Shown here: positions 34,790 through 47,426 of the stretch, piece by piece | Layout: every line of letters starts with the position of its first letter | Numbering within the stretch: the stretch's first letter is position 1 | NCBI GenBank assembly: GCA_977017575.1 | Contig: CDRNVI010000179.1 | Span: 1 to 64,000 of the forward strand | Reading direction: 5' to 3' | Source: Paramoeba atlantica | Taxonomy: Eukaryota; Protista; Discosea | Length of the DNA: 64,000 nucleotides | Made by a program: the position numbers and the translations under genes | Notes under the pieces: generated by a model | What the model was told of the DNA's origin: nothing | The model's input: only the letters and a program-made list of their open reading frames with translations | Databases searched by the model: none

Positions 34790-35406
34790 TTAGACAGAAA
34801 CATTAAAAGAGGCAGCCAAAACACCTCTTAAAACAACATCTCGCACATCACCCATCAACTTTTTGACCTATTTCGAGAGTTTGAGATTTATTTAATATTT
34901 AATAATAAATAAAGAAAGAAATAGAAATAGAAATCATATTAAATCAATACAATAAATAATAATAATAAAAAAACAATAAATAAAATAAAATAAAATAAAA
35001 TAAAATAAAAATAAAAATAAAAATAAAATAAAATAAAATACCATTTTTGTGTCAGTACAACAAGTAATATGAGGATACACAGTTCGTTTTTGATTTTGAT
35101 TCAGAGATTTAAACATTTTTGTAATAAATTCACATCCTGCTGCATAATCATCTCCTCCTAAAAAAATAATTAATTTTAGTAAATGTTATTAAAAGAAAAA
35201 AAAATAATTAATATTAAAAAAAATAAAATTAATAACAAAAAAGAGATAGAAAAGAAAAAAGAAAAAAAACCAGAATATTCTGAAAAATAATCAGAAAGAG
35301 GGAATTTTTTCAATTTGTCTGCAAATAAATCACTGTGCAAATTTTCTTTAATAAAAACAGAGAAAAGAAGAAAGAAAAAGAAAAAAGGAAAAAAAAGGAA
35401 AAAGGA

Positions 35407-35438
<32 letters not shown>

Positions 35439-37089
35439 ACCATTTGTTGAGAAACAGAATAACAGGAGTATCTTTAAACCACACACAATTTACAATTTCG
35501 TCGAACAATTTTAGTGATTCCTGTTTTTGTTTTTATTTTAATTTTATTTTATTTTATTTTATTTTATTTAATTTTTATTTAATTTTTATTTTTATTTATT
35601 TTATTTTTTTTTATTTTTAAATATTTACTTTACTTTATGATCATTTATTATTATTTTGGAGTTAATTTCGACTGTTTTTCTTTTTCTCTTCTCTTCTTCT
35701 CTTCCTCTCTTCCTCTCTCCCTCTTCTTCTTCTCTTCTTCTCTTCTTCCTCTCTTCTCTTTACCTTCATTCGATTCACCGCACGTTCTTCATAAAGACCC
35801 AAATTATATTCGCTCAGAGCAGCAAAAAAGATAATCGTTGTCACCTTTTTCAGTGAACATTAAATGAAAGAAAGGAAAAAAAGAAGAAAAGAAACAGAAA
35901 GAAAAAAGAGAAAGAAGAGAAAGAAAAAAAGAGAAAAAAGAAAGAAAGAGAAAGAAGAGAAAAAAGAAAAAAGAAAAAAAAAAACTTCTTGAAAACAATG
36001 AATCCATTTCCTTCGCTCAGAACGTTGACCTCCCACATCTACCACTCTAAAGTATCTTCCCTATTTTTCAATTTGTTATTCCTCTCTTCTCTTCTCTTCT
36101 CTTCTCTTCTCTTCTCTCTCTCTCTCTCTCTCTCTTACTCCCACATCTACCACTCTAAAAATAAAAGAGAGAGAGAAAAAAAGACAAACATCAGTTTCAA
36201 AAGTTGTCTCTGCAACACCACTTGTTCGAGCACGGGCAAAGAGAACATCTGTTTTTGAGGGTTAATTATTTAAAATTAATTTTATTTTCTCTCTTTCTTT
36301 CTCTTCTCTTCTCTTCTCTTCTGCTTGTTTTTTCTTCTTTTTTTTCTTCTTTTTTTTCTTTCAAACCTTCATCGTTGGGAAGATAATTCTTAACAGCAAC
36401 TCGCTCAAGAGATTCAAAGAAATATCTCGCTGATTCTCCCAACTGAATTTATTAAAAAAAGAATTGAATTAGAAGAGAAACAAAAGGAGAAAGAGAAAGA
36501 GAAAGAGAAAGAAAGAGAGAGAAAAGAAGAGAAGAAGAAGAAAAGAGAAGAAGAAAAGAGAAGAAGAGAAACTTGAAAAGTGTGAGCTTGAGCATAAGCA
36601 GCTTGGATCGCAGGATCATCCCACAACAATAGGATATTTTCTTTATTTTCAATTAAAATTGAAAATCTTTCTTCTAATGATGGTAATGATTGATCTATTT
36701 TTTGGATTTAAGAAAGAGAAGAGAGAGGAAGAAAAAAAGAGAGAAAGATAATAACGATAAAAATTAAAAATAAAAAATAAAAAATAAAAATAAAAAAATA
36801 AAATAAAAATAAAATAAAAATAAAAACAAAAAACAAAAAACAAAAAACAAAAAACAAAAAAAACAAAAAACAAAAAAAAACAAAAAACAAAAAAAAACAA
36901 AAAACAAAAAAACAAAAAAACAAAAAACAAAAAAAAAACAAAAAAAAAACCTTCAATCCGCTGAACAATACGACGAGAAGCAGCATCATTATCAGGATTT
37001 TTCCATTGCAATTCCATTGTACCAACTGCTGATATTAATGTGTGCATCCATACTAACATGTTTGTTGCTATTATGTCTCTGTGTATTGG

Positions 37090-37123
<34 letters not shown>

Positions 37124-37809
37124 GGGAGGGGAGAGGGGAGAGAGAGGAGAGAGAGAGAGAAGGGAGGGGAGAGGAGAGAGAGAGAGAGAGAGGAGAGGGG
37201 AGAGGGGAGAGAGAGGGAGAAGGGAGGAGAGAGAGAAAGAGGGAGGAGAGGGAGAGAGAAAGATGGGGGAAAAGAGATTTCTTTCAGTGAATACTTTCGG
37301 ATATTGGTTATTCAGAGGGAGAAGATGAAAAGAGAAGAAAAAGAGACGAGAGAAAAGAGAAAAAAACGAAAGAGAAAAGAAAGAAATCCGAGAAAAAGAA
37401 ATCCGAGAAAAAAGAGAAAGAGAAAGAGAAAGAGAAAAGAGAAAAAGAGAAAAAGAGAAAAGAGAAAAGAAAGAGAGAGAAAAAAAAAACCTAAAAATTT
37501 CTCTTTCAGCATTAGTAAATCCCCTTTTATAAATGAGTTTGATTTGTTTGACTAAGGTGCTTTTTCCTGTGTCTCCTGCTCCTAATAATAATATCTATTT
37601 TTTTTTTCTTTTTGTTTAGAAAAAGAAGAGAGGGGGGAGAGAGAGAGAGAGAGGAGAGGGAGGGAGAGAAGAGGAAAAGGAAAAGGGAAAGAGAGAGGAA
37701 AGAGAAAGAGAGAGAGAGAAAAAAAAAGAAAAAAGAAAGAAAAAAGAAAGAGAAGAAAGAGAAGAAAGAGAAGAAAGAGAAGAAAGAGAAGAAAGAGAAA
37801 GCGAAAGGA

Positions 37810-37857
<48 letters not shown>

Positions 37858-38339
37858 AACTTTTGATTCAGTAGCAAGAGCTTTTTGTTGAGAACGCATT
37901 TCTTTTTCAATTCTGCGATGTCGAACTGCTTCTTCTTCTGATGTCTATTTTTTTATTTTATTATTATTTTCATTGACCATCTCGTCTTCTCTCTTTTCTC
38001 TCTCTCTCTCTTTTCTCTCTCTCTCTCTTTTCTCTCTTCTCTCTTTTCTCTCTTTTCTCTCATTTTCTCGTGTCTTCTTTTCAATTCTCCGAGATGGATT
38101 ACTCTTCTCTTTTTTAATTTTTCTTCTTTTTTCTTTCTTCTCTTTGAAGAATCAAAGAATTCTTATTCAATTTGAGGTTATCTGTTTATCAGTTTCTCCT
38201 TTTAAATCTCTTTCTTTTTCAAGATTTTTCTTTCAATTCTTTTCTTCTTTCCTTTTCCAAAACCAAGCCACCTAAAAAACCAAATTTTTCTTTTTTCAAA
38301 AAAAAAAAAAACCTGCAGCCCAGAATTTGCACACCCCAT
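34790..38339 (-). CDS. Heterotrimeric G-protein alpha subunit; about 13 exons
   Basis: MGCANS; [12 protein letters not shown]; ARARTSG; [18 protein letters not shown]; ILFLNKCD; HITCCTDT. Confidence 0.95.
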
Positions 38340-38949
38340 TTTGAGTGAACAAATATTCCCAAAAGAAAAAACAACAAAAACAAAACAACAACAACAAAAG
38401 AGAAAAAAAAGAAAAAAAAAGGAAAAAAGAAAGAAAAAAAAAGAAAACAAAAAAATGAAACCGAAAAACTTGGTTCTGGGAAAGAAGCACGTTTTTTCTA
38501 TATTAGGCAAATTAAGCAACTTGGATATTCTATATTTAGACAAACCAAAGAACCGATTTTATTGATTCGAAGAATAGACAACATTTTTCACATGGATCCC
38601 TGTTATTGTTTTTTTGTTTTTTCAAAAAAGAAATTTTTAGAGTTTCTTTTTGAAAAAAATATTTTTTTTGACCGAGCAAAATTGACTCATGTTTTCCACC
38701 GAAGGTGAAAAAGAAACTTGCCGCTTTTTTGCACCTTTTGCACCTTTTGGCATGAAAAACATTAAGCTAAAAAATTAAGCATTAGAAACCTAAATTAGGT
38801 CTCTAAATAAAAACTCCAACTCGAAAAATGAAAAAGTGAAGAAGTTTTTTTCTTTTTCTTTTTTTTGTTTTTTTGTTTTCTTTCTTTTTTTTCTTTCTTT
38901 TTTGGTTCATTCTTTTTTGGTTTTGGAAATCAAAGAATTTGAGGGGACC

Positions 38950-41900
38950 ATGGCAGATGATTTGGATTCTGCTCCTCTAAAACATTATGAGTAAGAATAT
39001 TTTTTTGTTTTATTTTTGGGAGAAGACAAAAAGAAAAGAGATTTTTGGGAAAAAGAGAAAAAAGAAAATTAATTCACCTTCTCTTTTCTCTCTCTCTCTC
39101 TTCTCTCTCTCTTTTCTCTCTCTCTCTTCTCTCTCTTCTTCCAAACAAAAAAACAAAAAAACAGTTACATGCCTTCAATAAGAGAAGATGCATCTTTTGA
39201 TGACAAATCAAGAATGGAGAGGATCTTGGCTCTTGCTTCCAGAGCTCATCTTTTACCTCGTTATACTTATGCAGCTTGTTTGTGTATGTTTTTCTTTTCT
39301 TTTATATTTAAAAGAGAGAGAAGAGAGAGAAGAGAGAGAGAGAGAGAGAGAAGAGAAGAAAAAGAGAGAAGAAAGAAGAGAGAGGGGAAAAGGCGCATTT
39401 TGGGTTTTGAGTCGAGAGCTCATCTTTTACCTCGTTATACTTATGCAGCTTGTTTATGTATCTTTTTCTTTTCTTTTATATTTAAAAGAGAGAGAAGAGA
39501 GAGAGAGAGAGAGAAAGAGAAGAGGAAAGGAGAGAGAGAGAAGTGAGAAAAGAAAAAAAGAGAAGAAAGAAGAGAGAGGGGAAAAGGCGTATTTTGGATT
39601 TTGAGTCGAGAGCTCGTCTTTTACCTTGTTATTCTTCTCCTTGCTTCGTGAAAGGAAGAGAGAGAAGAAAGAGAAAGAAAAGAGAGAAGAAAGAGAGAAG
39701 AAAGAGAAAGAAAAATGAAAGAGATAGGGAAAAAACGACAAGACAAAGGAAAGAAAGAGAGAGAGAGATAAAGTCTCGATGGATTTATCAACAAAACGTA
39801 ATGATCAAAAGAAAGAGCGAAAATATTGCAAAGAAAAGAAAAGAGAAAGAAAAGAGAAAAGAAAAAGAAAGAAAAGTTAAATTAAACTTGATATTATTTT
39901 GGAAAAGTTTTTTTTTAATTTATTTTTTTTTATTTTTTTTGAATAATTCGCTATTTTCCTTGTTTTTATTTCTCTAGTAAAATCGTTTGCTGATTGTTTA
40001 TTTTTTTAATTTATTTTTTGGTTTATTTTATTTTTTAATTTTAATTTTAATTTTAATTTTAATTTTGTAGTGATGTTACTTGCTGGTTTTGCTATTTTAA
40101 TTGGTTCTATTGTTGGGCAATCTTCTTTGAATCCTATTCCTTCTCAGGTTTTATTTTATTTTTTTTATTTATTTGTTTTTTGTTTTTTGCTTTTGTTTTC
40201 GTTTTTGTTTTTGTTTTATTTATTCTTTCTTTTATTTGTTTGTTTTTGTAATTTATATTCTAGAAATTATTGTTTGTCTCTCGATCTTTAAAATGAGAAC
40301 AAATAATAGCCTACCAAATAAATCTCTCTTTCTTGTTTCTTTTTCTCAAATGAATGATAAAAAATAATAACTATTTTTGATATATTTTCTTTTTTTTGTA
40401 GGCTCTTGTTGATACAGTCCCTTACCCTGAAGTTCTTGATGTTATTGGAGGATGTCTTATTGGTTTCTCTTCTCTTCTCTTTTCTTTCTTTCCTTCCCTT
40501 TCCTTTCCTTTCCTTTCTTTTCTTTTCTGTTCTTTTTTCCCTTTCTACCCAACCCATTTTTTTGTTTTTTATTCTTTCATTCTTTTTCAATCAATTTTTT
40601 TCCAATTCTTTTTTTGTTTGTTTGTTTTCTAATCTTTTTTTTTATTACTTTTTACAGTAATGTCACTTGCTGGAGTAGTTGTGGGATGGGTGAACAAACT
40701 AATTGTCCTGAAAGTCTATTTTGGGGTCTTTTTAATTTTCTTTCTAATACAAGGTTTTTTTCTTCTTTTGATCATATTTTTTCTTTCTTTCTTTCTTTCT
40801 TTTTTGGGTTTGTTGAGAAAAAAATGGCAGGGATATGTATGGTCGGTCTTCAATTTTGGGATGATTTGGCAATGGAATCTTCTGAGGTTTTTCCTTTTTT
40901 TTCCTTGGATAAAAAAATTCATCAGAAAAAGAAGAAGCTAAATTTGATCAAAATAGGGTTTCTTTGACACAGCAGTTGGCGAATTTGAGATCATGGTATT
41001 ATATCTTCTTTTCTTCTATTTTCAAAAATCAACAGTTCCTTTTTTGAATTAAAAAAAAATGACATGATTTCTCATTCTCAGGAAGCAATGTGTTGTTGTG
41101 GTTGGGAGATAGGGTCTGAGCTTGACAATTGCACACAAATTACTCCCTCTCCCTCTCCCTCTCCAACACCACCTCCAACTCCAACACCAACACCAACACC
41201 ATCTCCAACTCCAACACCGTCTCCATCTCCAACACCATCTCCATCTCCAATACCATCTCCAACACCATCACCATCTCCAATTCCATCACCATCTCCAATT
41301 CCATCACCGTCCCCAACTCCATCACCGTCCCCAACTCCATCACCGTCCCCAACTCCATCACCATCTCCAACTCCATCACCATCTCCAACTCCAACTCCAA
41401 CACCAACTCCAATACCAACTCCATCACCAACACCAACTCCATCACCAACACCAACTCCATCACCAACACCAACTCCATCACCAACACCAACACCAACTCC
41501 AACTCCAACACCAACACCGACTCCAACACCGACTCCATCACCAACTCCAACACCAACACCAACTCCAACGGAGGACACTGATGATTTTGATGATTCTGAT
41601 TCAATTGGTGTTGATTCTTTGCGGTTTGTAGTTTTTTTTTGATGAATGGAGTTTGAGTGACCCAAATTATAAATTATAAATTTTTAATTACAAATTTATT
41701 TTTTATTGAAAAATTAAAATAACCCAAAATATTCTTTTTTTCCACATTTTAGATCTTTTCAAATTTTTAATGGATGTTAAAAAATAAATAGGAATGCAGA
41801 AATTCTTGATTGTAATTTTGATCAACCCTTGCCAGGATGTTACGATCTCATTTACAGTTTGTTTTTCATCTTTTCTTTGTTTTGGTTGTTTTGTGATTTC

Positions 41901-42290
41901 AATTGTTTCTTTGTCAGTAATCATTCTCACGATTTGAATTTTTAAAGGTAAAGTTGAAGATGCTCAAGATTCAATGAGTTTAGGAATGGAGATTGGACTC
42001 ATCCTCGAGGTTCAAAAAAAATGAAAAATCAGAAAATAGAAAAAAGGAAAAAAGGATTAAGAAAAAGAAAAGAAAGATGAGAAGAAAATTCTTGTTAGAA
42101 AATGTTGTTCAAAATATTGATTTCTGAATAGATACTCGCCCTCCTCGGATTACTATTGGCATTATTTTTAACAAGACACAGAGAAAGCATCAGTTTTTAT
42201 GACGATTTTGAGTTAACAGCCTCTTTTCTTGATGATGATGATGATGATGTCAGCCTTGATGATTATAGTCCTGATGAATTTGATTATTAA
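38950..42290 (+). CDS. Tetraspanin-like 4-TM protein with Pro/Thr/Ser stalk inserted in EC2; about 11 exons
   Basis: TM1 [19 protein letters not shown]; TM2 [19 protein letters not shown]; TM3 [20 protein letters not shown]; EC2 CCCGW...C...C..PGCY; TM4 [21 protein letters not shown]; acidic Tyr-rich tail. Confidence 0.78.
39241..39630. repeat. Tandem duplication (174 and 194 bp periods) of the exon-2 end plus donor site within the tetraspanin intron
   Basis: agagctc[a/g]tcttttacct at 39241, 39415 and 39609. Confidence 0.9.
41140..41572 (+). repeat. Coding Pro-Thr/Pro-Ser dipeptide repeat (about 143 aa)
   Basis: ORF 41064-41642 has CCCGW followed by (PT/PS)n. Confidence 0.9.
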
Positions 42291-42655
42291 TCTTTTCTTT
42301 TTTTTTTTCAATTTGTGAATTTGTGATGTTTCGTTTGTTTTTTTTTTGGTTTATGGTGTTGTGGGGCGGTGGTGTGTGTTTTTTGAATTGGATTCATTTT
42401 TTGGGTGGAGTTTTGTTGTTTTTTTGTTTGGGGGTGGGTGGAGGGGAGAGAAAGAGAGAAAGAGGGAGGGGGGGTGAGGTTCAAGAAAGATATTCATTTT
42501 CGTACTCTTTCAAAAATTAATAAAAACAATAAAAATCAACTTTTATTGTTGTGGTCAGTCTGGTCTTTTTTTTACAAGACAGAGAAGTCTCTCTTTAGAA
42601 AGATTGAGAGCAGTTTTTCCTTTTTGTTTTCAGGGGTGTTGTTGGAACCAACGTT

Positions 42656-43519
42656 TTACACTTTCTTTTGGGAAGTCGCAAAGAACTCAAAGAAGGCAAG
42701 ACAATGAGAAACGTGGAGGGGAAAATAGAGGAGGATCGCCGAAGGGATGAGGATTGTCGAATGAACAAGAAAGTCAGAAAACCAAGAGAGAAGAAGTTCT
42801 TCTATTGTTCTCTCAAAGAGGAAGCTAATTCCCCAGAGGAGAGAAAGAGGATTTAACAATCCGAGAAACAATCCTGTCACAACCACCTATTCCTTATGTT
42901 TAGAAAAAATTATTTTCCTCATTTTTTTTTGAGAAGAGAGAAACAAACATGAAGAGGAGATGAAAGAGAAAGAGGGAGGAGAGCATGAAAAGAAATTAAT
43001 GAAGCCCAGACGACTGCTTGGCTAAAATTTACAATGGCGACACAACTGCAAAACACAGCAAAGTAAGTAAAAAAAAATGTTTTAAAATGCAATCGAGAAA
43101 AGATAAAAGAAAAAAAACCTCAAAAACAATGAGGCAGTAACAATAGCCGTCCATCTCTTTGCAAAATAAACAGCGTCTCTCCCTGAAAAAAAACACACCA
43201 ACATCATGAGAAAAAATCCAAAAACCAAGAACCACATCAAAAAGAAAATTAAAAGAAAATTAAAAATAAAAACCATCATCATTTGGGAGAAAGATTGTAA
43301 AACTACCAAATATCAAAAAGGGGATAAAAGGAATGAAATTCAATTCCTCAGAATTCTATGAAAAGAATTAATTAAAATAAAAGATATTGAATGAGAGAAG
43401 AAATCCAGAAAAAAAAACCCCTAAATAAGATAAAAGGACCAAAGAGCCAAAGGAACAAAGAAAGAGAATCAAAGTCGAGACCATACTCCCTTTTAAAGCT
43501 ACAAACAAAAGTAAATGAA

Positions 43520-43550
<31 letters not shown>

Positions 43551-45868
43551 AAAGGAAAAGTAAAATAACATTTCCATTTGAGGAGGGGACCATATCCTCC
43601 TTCAACCACAAAAACAATCACTGGCGCGCCAATCAAACCTGCCATCATCTCATTCATTAGAAATAGAAAGAGGGTGAGATTGAAGAGAGGAAAGAGAAAG
43701 AGAAAGAAAGAGAAAAAGAAAGAAAGAGAAAGAGAAAGAGAAAGAAAACCAAGAGAGATCATATACTGCCCAATCGAAACATAAATCTGTGCGTGTGGTA
43801 AAATATAATGATAAAATGATTGATGAAATGTTTCAATCAAATTATTACAACTTCGAATTAATCCTAATTTTGGAATAAAATAATTAAAAAAAAGAGTGAA
43901 TCTTCTAAATTTTCTCTTCTGTTCAGATATTTTTTTCTCTTTCTTGAATTATTCTCTTTCTTAATTTACTTTTAATACTTACTTTCTTCAAAACTCAAAA
44001 AAAAAAAACACAAACCAACAACCACACGCCCAATCTTACTTCTCTCTTGATAAAGTAAAGAAAAAGGATAAGAGAAAGTTAAAGCATCCATACGATATTG
44101 TAACAGATGAGAGTGAAGACCCGATGGATGGCCAACAGCTTGTTGGACCATTCCCCAAATAAAAGTTTCCACTGGTCCTGGTGTCAATCGAACTCCAAAA
44201 TCTGAGATTGATTTGGAAAAAAAGAAGAATTAATTTATTAAAAGAAAAAAAAAACACAAGAGAGAGAGAGAGAAAAAAATCTCATGAAAAAAAAAATCTC
44301 AAAAAAAAATCCAAAAAAAAAAAGAAAGAAAGAAAAAGGTACTTGATGAAACGAAATGAATAGCAGAACGAATATAAGAAACAAAGGGAGAAAATGGAGA
44401 GGGGAGTCCCTTGTATTGAGGGTCTTGTCGTGTGATGTCGGGTACTCCCGCCCGGATTCTCTCTTTCCCCGCGATTCGAAAAGCACTAAAAAGAAAAGAA
44501 GAAAGAAGAAAGAAGAAAGAAGAAAGAAGAAAGAAGAAAGAAAAATTAAATTGAAAGAATAAAGGAAATGAAGACAAAGAGAGGAAATGAGGGGGAAAAA
44601 AAAGAAACAAACAAATAGAAAACAAAAAAAAAGAGAAAAAAAAAGAGAAAAAAAAAGAGAAAAAACCTATTCAACAAATCTAAATTGGGCAAAAGACCAT
44701 CAACCCCTTGATGCAACATCATCAACTGAACAAAAGAAGGAGAAGAAGAAGAAGAAGAACTTTTCCTTTGAAAAGAAGGAGAAAAATCAAAACAAATTCC
44801 AACTCGAGGTCTTCCAAGAGGTGGCAATTCATATAAATTCCAATTTGTTGTGTTTTTTTTTGGTTCTGTTTTGTTTGTTGTTCTTGGTAATCCAAATTGG
44901 TGTGGTTTTGTTGTTTCTTTTAAAAATCTTGATACTAAAAAGTCTTTGTGTTCAATTTCTGGGACTAACAAAATGATATCTATTTTTTAAATTTTGGTTT
45001 AGTAAAAAAAAAGAAAGAAATAATAACAAGAATAATAAGAATAATAAGAATAAATAAATAAATTAAACTGAATTAAACTAAACTAAACCTTTGTTCAACC
45101 AATTGGCAGCCTTCAAAGAACTCAAAATCGAAACAGCAAAAGGAAAAGCAATTTGATCACCATTTCTCTGCTTATTTGAAGAAGAAGAAGAAGAAGAAGA
45201 AGAAGAAGATCCCCCTTCTTTATAAGAATGAGGAGCAACCAATACCATACTCTCTGTACCATACCCTTTCTTTGCTTGAAGAACTCCGATTACCATCTGT
45301 GCTGTTTCGGAAGAAGAAGAAGAAGAAGAGAAGAGAGGAGAAGAGGAAACGAGAGATGAGGCATTCCAGTGAAAGTGAAGGAGAGAGAGAGAAGAAAGAG
45401 ATTTCATGAGGAAGGAGACTTGTGAGGAAATGTTGTTTGGGGGAAGAGTTTTTTGTTCAGATTCCAAAAGATTCATTAAGTTTTGATGAGATGTTACATA
45501 CTTTGCATTTCCTTTTTGTTGGGGAGAGACAGAGAGAGGTTTTGAGAAATTGAAAAGAGAGAAAAACATGAACCAAAATAACAAAGAAAGGAAACAAAGA
45601 GAATAAACAAAGAAACAAAAGGAAAAGAAAAAAGAAAAAGAAAAAGAAAAAGAAAAAGAAAGAACAGAAATAAAAAAAAAAGAAAAAAAAGAAAAAAAAG
45701 AAACGAAAAAGAAAAAGAAAAAGAAAAACCAGCTGCAGGAATGAGAGCATTTTCAGACAAGTAAGTGTGGTTGGCAACATGATCGGCATAGAAGAGGAAA
45801 GAGACAATCCCCCCAAATAATAATATTATTTTGATTCTGTGTAATACTACCAATAATCGTTCTATCAT
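42656..45868 (-). CDS. GAA1: GPI transamidase subunit Gaa1/GPAA1; multi-exon, an extra upstream exon is possible
   Basis: TYLSENALIP; GTESMVLVAP; GVDGLLPNLDLLN; QQAVGHPSGLHSHLLQYRMDALT; HQSFYHYIL; YVSIGQYM; C-terminal TM helices. Confidence 0.92.
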
Positions 45869-46200
45869 TTTCTTCTTCTCTTTCTTCTCTTTCTTCTCCT
45901 CTTCTCTTTTTTTTTTCTTGTTTTTTTGTGTTTTGTGTTTTGTGTTTTGTGTTTTTTTCTTTTTCTTTTCTTTTTCTTTTTCTCTTTGTTCTGAACGTCT
46001 AGGTTAAGAACTTTCTCTGAGACTAATCTCTGTGAAGAAAAACAAAAACAAAACCAACACCCCAACCAAAAAAGAAAAAGAAAAAAAGGAAAAAAAAAAT
46101 CGAAAAAAAAAGTTTTTAGACCCCTAAAAAAGATTGCGGAGATTCTGATTTCTTTTTTTTTCATTTTTTGTTGCACACAAAACCAGAAAAAGAAAGAAAA

Positions 46201-47030
46201 ATGTCCTCCCAAGAAATAAAGTGTTGCGCCTGTGCTGCCGCCATTGGCGAATCAGAGAGATTTTGTCCTGGATGTGGCATGCCTCAAAACCCCAAAAAGA
46301 AAGAAGGAACCAAATTAGATGCTACCAAGTTTCGAGATCAAGGCTCAGCAGCTGCTCCATGTTCTTCTTCTCTTTCTCTATTTTTGTGGAGCTCCCGAAA
46401 GGAACTCCTCCTTTCTTTTTTTTTTTTGATTATTTTTTTTGATTAATTTTTTTGATTATTTTTTTTGATTTTTTTTTTCTCAGCTTCTTCCCCAGCTTCT
46501 TCTAGTGATCTGTCTGCTGTTGTTGGAAAGTATGAATACGTGAAACCTGGTTCTGGTGGAGATAAATCGACTCGTTTTTTGACACTCCAGAAAGATGGAA
46601 CAGCCATTTTTTTCGAAAAAGGTTTTGTTGTTGTTGTTGTTTGGAAGTTATTTTTTTTTTTGATTTGGTCCAAAATTGAAAAACCACCACCCTTTTTGTA
46701 GGAGAAAATTCAATGGAGACTTTTGAGATTAATGGAAAAGGGACCTTCTTTGTTGCGAATGGGATGGTTCAGATCTCATTTCCTGAAATTCGAAAAGAAA
46801 ATAAGTTGAAAAGGTTTGATTTATTCATTTTTGTTTTGAGTGAAAAGAATTGATTTTGTTTCCATTTCTCCTCATTTCTTTTTCTTTTTTTTTTTGAAAT
46901 GCGAAATAGACGAGTTTTGGTTCCTGGAATGGGGGACCCTCATGTCACTGTTGATGATGGAATGGACATTTCAGTCGAAACACTGGTTAATGCCCCGGCT
47001 CATGGAGTTCATAAGTGGAGGAGAGCTTAA
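46201..47030 (+). CDS. Small protein with N-terminal zinc ribbon (CxxC..CPxCG) and lipocalin-like beta-strand domain; 4 exons
   Basis: MSSQEIKCCACAAAIGESERFCPGCG; GKYEYVKPG..FLTLQKDGTAIFFE; ends ...HKWRRA*. Confidence 0.7.
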
Positions 47031-47426
47031 GATCGAAGATAAAAAAGAAAGAGAGAAAAAAAAATGAGATGAAACAAGAAAAAACACAAGGAACAACAAA
47101 CAAACAAACAAACAATCTTTTTTTCTTTATTTTTTTTTTCAAATGGAGAAAGACTCCAAATCGTAAAAAACTTGACCAAAAAGGGGGATCATTTTTAAGG
47201 TTCCCTTTTTTTGGACAGAAATAAAAGGGAGCGGACTTTTTGTGATTGAAAAGGAGCGAAAAATAATGACAAAAAGGGAAAAGTTACTTTGAAGTATTAA
47301 AAAAGAGACAACTGCACGCTGATTTGGCGGTTTTTGGCAGTTTGGCGGTTTTTTTTTCTTTTTTGTGTTTGTTTTTTTTTTCTTTTTGACGCACATCGTC
47401 AAAACTCATTCTTCATCAACAGCAGC

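Noticed and set aside
36700-38280. Many poly-F/L/S and poly-K/E/R ORFs
   Set aside because: Translations of intronic (GA)n, (CTT)n and (GTTTT)n microsatellites in the G-alpha gene; the same applies across the window.
41078-41665. Gly/Val/Asp-rich minus ORF and His/Gln- or Asn/Thr-rich plus ORFs
   Set aside because: Alternative frames of the Pro/Thr repeat; only the CCCGW frame splices into a coherent protein.
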